From: an uncultured delta proteobacterium | GTDB lineage: Bacteria; Desulfobacterota; Binatia; Binatales; Binataceae | Assembly: GCA_963724765.1 (NCBI GenBank) | Contig: CAVRVY010000001.1 | Coordinates: forward strand, 1,312,001 to 1,376,000 | DNA length: 64,000 bases | Direction of reading: 5' to 3' | In this document: positions 60,020 through 64,000 of the stretch, piece by piece | Position numbering within the stretch: position 1 is the stretch's first letter | Layout of the letters: each line of letters begins with the position of its first letter | Notes under the pieces: generated by a model | Databases searched by the model: none | What the model was told of the DNA's origin: nothing | Seen by the model: the letters and a program-made list of their open reading frames with translations, nothing else | Made by a program: the position numbers and the translations under genes

Positions 60020-61649
60020 CAGCGATCACCAGCGGCGGTAAGTGGAGATAGGTGATACTGGCCGAGCGCCCCAGATCCGACGTCGCCATCGCGATCGCCT
60101 CGTCCAGCGTGTCGGCCGACTCCCATCCCATACGCGTTGCGACTTCCGGCTCCTCGCATCCTGCGGCGATTACCCGTCCTACGTGCTGGCGAGCCGGCTC
60201 GCCCCAGTACCACATGTAGAACGGATGCACGCCGTGATAGGCATGGCCGTAGCGATACATGTGAACGTAGGTCGGGTTGCGTGCGAACTCGGCTTCGAAG
60301 TTGCGCTCCAGCTCGGTGGCCTCGGTGGTCTCGCGCAGGCAGCGATGGAAGAACTCGATGTAACTCGGATGATGCTCGGGGTGAAACTGATCGCGCAACG
60401 GATGACAGATGATCACGGTACCGCCTTCGCGTACCAGCGGCTTGCCGCGGAACATGTTGAACAGGTAGCCAAGACCCGTGCACTGCACCAGCACCGGGTT
60501 CATCACCGAGTTGACGTTGTAGGGGCAGACGTAGGGAACGCCTACGATCAGCACGTCGGACTGGCCCTTGACCGGCACCGCGTATTGCTGGAACACGCGG
60601 GCCAGCGCCTTGCGATGCACCGCGTCGGTCTCGCCCGCCCACACGCCGGTCATCGAATAGGGCGCGGCGTATTGATTGAGCACCTGGCGGCGCAGTGAAT
60701 CCGACATGTTGCCGAGCGTCCAGCGAAAGCCCTTCAACCGCATCCGATCCCAATCCGAGAAGCGGTCCTCGTTCTTCTGCAGAAAATCGAGCATCCCGCC
60801 GTACATCTGGTTGTTGATCGCGGTCTCGATGGTGAAGACATTGACGTGCTCGTTGACCAGGCGGCCCATCCGGTTGGCCGAGTGATGCAGCGCCGATCGC
60901 GTCGGGTCCATGTAGGAATTGCACTGGCGCAGCGTGGCCGGGTTGTGATGGTGGCGCAGGCTCTGGTAGGGCGCGAGGCCGACCGCGACGGATTTGTGGC
61001 CGCCGTCCATCGGGACCAGGTTGATGTTGAGATAGAGCAGCAGGTCGGACTCGGCCGCGCGGCGTGAGAGCCATACCTCCTCGCCATGATCGGTCTTGCC
61101 CAGCATCGCCAGCTCGGCGCGATTCTCGGCGTCGAAGTTATACAGCCGTTCGGGCCAGAACTCCTTGAACGCGCGCTCGCCCACCATGCGGCGAATCTCG
61201 GCCTCGGTCATGCGCCGATGGAGCGAGGTTGCGACGATCAGATGGACATCGTCGACGCCGTAGTCGGCGAGCGTCTGGAGTACGATGTTGAGCGCGCGCT
61301 CGCGGATATCGGGCCGGCGCATCTGCGGCAGCGGCAGGCTGATGTCGTCGATCGCGATCGTGACGCGCATGTTGGGATTGAGCTGCGCGAACAGCGGATC
61401 GGCGTTTTCAGGACGTAACAGCGCGTAGCGGATCGCGGCATCAGGATTGGCCAGCGGCTCCAGCGGCGGCGGGGGATAGATCACTCGCGTGCCGGCGGGC
61501 AGCTTCTCGTACCAGAAGTCGTCGCCATAGGCGATGAGCCGCGGCGCCGAGCGCCGGTTGAGCGTCACCACCAGGTCTCGGCGCGCGCCGGGCTCGTGCC
61601 GGAGTTCGGCGGTCTTCAGCTCTTTGAGCTTACCTTCCGGTCGCGCCAT
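60009..61649 (-). CDS. Lactate racemase (LarA/DUF2088) N-terminal domain protein, ElbC-like
   Basis: TIAIDDISLP, IVATSLHRRMT, LGKTDHGEEV, ESDLL, GGHKS. Overlaps both neighbours. Confidence 0.75.
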   Translation of the reverse strand: MARPEGKLKELKTAELRHEPGARRDLVVTLNRRSAPRLIAYGDDFWYEKLPAGTRVIYPPPPLEPLANPDAAIRYALLRPENADPLFAQLNPNMRVTIAIDDISLPLPQMRRPDIRERALNIVLQTLADYGVDDVHLIVATSLHRRMTEAEIRRMVGERAFKEFWPERLYNFDAENRAELAMLGKTDHGEEVWLSRRAAESDLLLYLNINLVPMDGGHKSVAVGLAPYQSLRHHHNPATLRQCNSYMDPTRSALHHSANRMGRLVNEHVNVFTIETAINNQMYGGMLDFLQKNEDRFSDWDRMRLKGFRWTLGNMSDSLRRQVLNQYAAPYSMTGVWAGETDAVHRKALARVFQQYAVPVKGQSDVLIVGVPYVCPYNVNSVMNPVLVQCTGLGYLFNMFRGKPLVREGGTVIICHPLRDQFHPEHHPSYIEFFHRCLRETTEATELERNFEAEFARNPTYVHMYRYGHAYHGVHPFYMWYWGEPARQHVGRVIAAGCEEPEVATRMGWESADTLDEAIAMATSDLGRSASITYLHLPPLVIADVE

Positions 61650-62427
61650 CCGTAGCTCTCCCCAGCCAGTCCAGCAGCCACGTCCCGGTTGAGCTGCCGT
61701 CGCGGACGGGCTCGGCGTCATGGCTGAAACGAACAATGGGCCATTTGCGATTGTGCGCGGCGGCGAGCAGGCGGCGATCGGGATTGACGGCCACCGGATG
61801 CCCCAGCGCGCAGAGAAAGGGTAAGTCGTAGTATGAGTCGGCGTATCCCCAGCATCCCGCCATGTCGACGCGGCACGCCTCAGTGAAGCTTTCGCACCAC
61901 TGCGACTTCTCGGAACCCGCCATCACCGGCTCCAGCATCCGGCCCGTAGCGAGTCCGCGGCTGTAGACCAGGCGGTTGGCGGCGAAATATTCGATCTTGA
62001 GGCGGCGCGCGAGCGGCTCGACCAGGAAATCAGGCGACCCGGTAACCAGCACCGGTTCGATTCCGGCGGCGCGATTGGCCTCGAGCATTTCGATCGCGCG
62101 CGGATACAGATGGCGCATCAGCACCCGGTCGCAATACTCGTCTCCAAGTTCCCACAGACGGTCGCGCGAGACCCCCTTGTAGGCCTCGAACAGCATCATG
62201 TTGAGCAGCCGGCGGTCGTGACGCTCGGCCATGTAGAGCCGCGGAAGGCTGAGCGCGAGACGGGCGAGATAGCCGGCACGTCCGCTCCATTCGCCCAGGT
62301 TGGCCATGTAGAAGACGGTGGCGTGCAGCAGGTTGAGACTGGCCAGCGTGCCGTCGAGGTCGTAAAAGGCCAGCACCTTAGCCCGGCCGCGGGAGCTGCG
62401 TCCCGTTCTGGTCGCATAAACTGACAT
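61630..62427 (-). CDS. HAD-IB (SerB-like) phosphatase, ElbB-like
   Basis: FYDLDGTL, VTGS, conserved K, GYADSYYD, GHPVAVNPD. Confidence 0.88.
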   Translation of the reverse strand: MSVYATRTGRSSRGRAKVLAFYDLDGTLASLNLLHATVFYMANLGEWSGRAGYLARLALSLPRLYMAERHDRRLLNMMLFEAYKGVSRDRLWELGDEYCDRVLMRHLYPRAIEMLEANRAAGIEPVLVTGSPDFLVEPLARRLKIEYFAANRLVYSRGLATGRMLEPVMAGSEKSQWCESFTEACRVDMAGCWGYADSYYDLPFLCALGHPVAVNPDRRLLAAAHNRKWPIVRFSHDAEPVRDGSSTGTWLLDWLGRATDGATGR

Positions 62428-62428
62428 G

Positions 62429-63079
62429 TCATTCTACCTTGGGCCCAGAAACAGCGCGCTCAGCCGTTGGCAATTCGCCACGCCGGCGGGCTTCGTCGAG
62501 CAACTCCGGGCGCGCCACGCCACCCAGTCCGAAGGCCAGAATTTCTTCGACTAGCGAATCGATCTCACGCGGGCGCCGGCGCGCGATCTGGCCGACCACC
62601 TCCTTGATTCCGCCCAGGATGCAATAGGCGGCGATGCGCGTGTCGCAGGGACGCACGAGGTTCATCTGCACGCCCAGGTCCAGCGAACGCTGGATGGCGT
62701 CGGCGATGCGCTGGTAGAATTCCAGGATCCGCAAATCGAGGTCGCGGTCGAAACCCACCGAGTGGTTGAGCAGGATATCGGTCAATTCGCGCTCCGCCAG
62801 CACGAAATTCATCACGCGCTTGAGGTTGTCGCGCAGTTGATTGACCGGGTCGGGTTCATCCGCGCGCAGGCGCTGGATGCGTCGTGAAAGCTCGGTTAGC
62901 ACTTGGGCGAGCAGTTCCTCGAAGAGATCCTTCTTGTTTTGAAAGTAGAGGTAGAAGGTACCTCGTGCGATACGAGCGCGGGCGATGATATCAGCGACAT
63001 TGGTCCGATGATAGCCTTTGCGCGCGAATATCCGCTTGGCATGGCGCAACACCTGGGCGCGCCGGGCCTGTCGTTCCAT
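62429..63079 (-). CDS. TetR/AcrR-family transcriptional regulator
   Basis: FARKGYHRTNVADII...IARGTFYLYFQNKKDLF. Its stop lies 1 nt from the HAD start. Confidence 0.92.
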   Translation of the reverse strand: MERQARRAQVLRHAKRIFARKGYHRTNVADIIARARIARGTFYLYFQNKKDLFEELLAQVLTELSRRIQRLRADEPDPVNQLRDNLKRVMNFVLAERELTDILLNHSVGFDRDLDLRILEFYQRIADAIQRSLDLGVQMNLVRPCDTRIAAYCILGGIKEVVGQIARRRPREIDSLVEEILAFGLGGVARPELLDEARRRGELPTAERAVSGPKVE

Positions 63080-63104
63080 TACAAGAAAACCTCAGGAGAA
63101 TAAG

Positions 63105-63133
63105 ACCCTATCGGCCCGTTCCGGTAGTGTCAA
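63105..63133 (-). promoter_or_regulatory. sigma70 promoter of the tetR-HAD-larA-elbD operon
   Basis: The minus strand reads TTGACA (63133-63128) - 17 nt - TAGGGT (63110-63105), 25 nt upstream of the TetR ATG. Confidence 0.65.
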
Positions 63134-63143
63134 ACCTTCCCTT

Positions 63144-63152
63144 TGTGGATAA
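63144..63152 (-). promoter_or_regulatory. Perfect DnaA box TTATCCACA
   Basis: Plus strand TGTGGATAA, 10 nt upstream of the -35 element. Confidence 0.45.
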
Positions 63153-63181
63153 CCTCCACGCCGCGGTCGGGCTTTCGATGC

Positions 63182-63655
63182 TCACGGAGAAGGTGGCGAC
63201 GGCGGGCACGGACTGCAAGCCGACGCCGGCTGTCCGACGCCTATCAGCACCGGCGGGCTTATCACCGTCCCGGAGGCGGCCGTAATACACGTGCACCCCG
63301 TCACCGTGTGCGAGGTGAAGAAGCCTTGACCCTCACTGGTGAGGAGCGAATTGTTGACGAACCAGTTTGCCGACGGCGAGATATTCTGGAAAGTGCTGAT
63401 CCCGTTGGAGCTGAACTCACCCTGGGCATAGAACTCGTAGTCGTCGGTGCTGAGCGGAATCTCAGCCGAGGTGGCTTGTGTACACGCGGCCCCGGTTGAT
63501 GGAGCCTGCGCGCAGACCCGCATCACTATCAGCGTTATCGGCGTGACGGTAGGAGACGGGGCCGAGCTGCTCGAGCCGCCGCCGCAACTGAGCAGCAGCG
63601 TCGTCATCACGAAAGCCAGTACAGGCCCGACAATCAAGCATCTTTTTTGCCACAT
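63182..63655 (-). CDS. Putative Cys-rich lipoprotein (Ig-like)
   Basis: Lipobox LLLS-C followed by GGGSSSS; several Cys pairs. Confidence 0.65.
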   Translation of the reverse strand: MWQKRCLIVGPVLAFVMTTLLLSCGGGSSSSAPSPTVTPITLIVMRVCAQAPSTGAACTQATSAEIPLSTDDYEFYAQGEFSSNGISTFQNISPSANWFVNNSLLTSEGQGFFTSHTVTGCTCITAASGTVISPPVLIGVGQPASACSPCPPSPPSP

Positions 63656-63799
63656 CAAGCATCCAGCTATGCCGTGGTAGCTCCAGCGCTGTCAAGCAGA
63701 GGCGCCAGAAACTAGACATGCCGGCCCTAAATTCTTCCCGTCAGATGGGTGGAGAGGCGGGAGTGATTCGAAATCGAAGCTGGAGAGTCGCCAGACAAG

Positions 63800-63938
63800 G
63801 AACGGCGGGCATCGAGAGAGGGGGGAGGCTCCCCGATGCCCGCCCGTTCGGGCCCGCCTTTCGGCGGACATCGTTCGGCTGCCGGGAGGAGGTTGCAACC
63901 GAAGTGCGGTGCAGTGAAAACTGCCAACAAATCCGCAC
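63800..63938 (-). ncRNA. Candidate structured sRNA or leader with four consecutive hairpins, two with CCUCC-rich loops
   Basis: Minus-strand stems: GUGCGG..CCGCAC; UUCGGUUGC-AACCUCCUCCCG-GCAGCCGAA; UCCGCC-GAAA-GGCGGG; GAACGGGCGGGCAUCGGGG-AGCCUCCCCCC-UCUCUCGAUGCCCGCCGUUC. The G-U pairs form only on this strand. Confidence 0.5.
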
Positions 63939-64000
63939 TCAAAAGATTCGACGATGACCCGGCGGGATTATTCAGAGGGCTCCGCGGACCGGCTTTTAGG

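Noticed and set aside
58115-60055. 646-aa plus-strand ORF, and similar long antisense ORFs at 11741-13393, 15936-17351, 38397-39662 and 46216-47517
   Set aside because: They are shadows of well-supported genes on the opposite strand. High-GC codon bias removes stops, and they carry no recognisable motifs.
63140-63160. Replication origin
   Set aside because: There is only one DnaA box, with no AT-rich unwinding element and no dnaA/dnaN neighbours.
63850-63875. c-di-GMP-I riboswitch (CCGCCGAAAGGCGGG)
   Set aside because: The flanking GGCAAA and GACGCAAAGC elements are missing.

Overview
GC-rich bacterial chromosome segment with about 45 genes and no rRNA, tRNA, CRISPR array, integrase or transposase that I can see. 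Gene content (rnj-ftsK-lolA-rimO, DksA-like, large N-acyl-D-amino-acid deacylase, myxobacterial-type lipid genes) suggests a deltaproteobacteria-like lineage such as Candidatus Binatota; this is inference. Highlights: (1) a minus-strand lipid locus at ~52.1-63.1 kb: TetR, HAD-IB phosphatase, LarA-like protein and a 1472-aa FAR/adenylation/ACP/acyltransferase enzyme (ElbD architecture of myxobacterial ether-lipid synthesis), followed by a CX5R phosphatase, a phosphatidylcholine-synthase-like gene and an unknown two-domain protein, with a near-consensus sigma70 promoter and a perfect DnaA box upstream; (2) an AcrVA2/FinQ-like gene outside any prophage, in frame behind three tandem aldehyde dehydrogenases; (3) a four-hairpin candidate sRNA with CCUCC loops at 63.8-63.94 kb; (4) REP-like palindromes, two perfect 19-20 bp hairpins and an 18-bp tandem repeat; (5) at least four single-base frameshifts in short homopolymers, probably long-read consensus errors. 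All product calls come from motif recognition in the translations; no database search was run.
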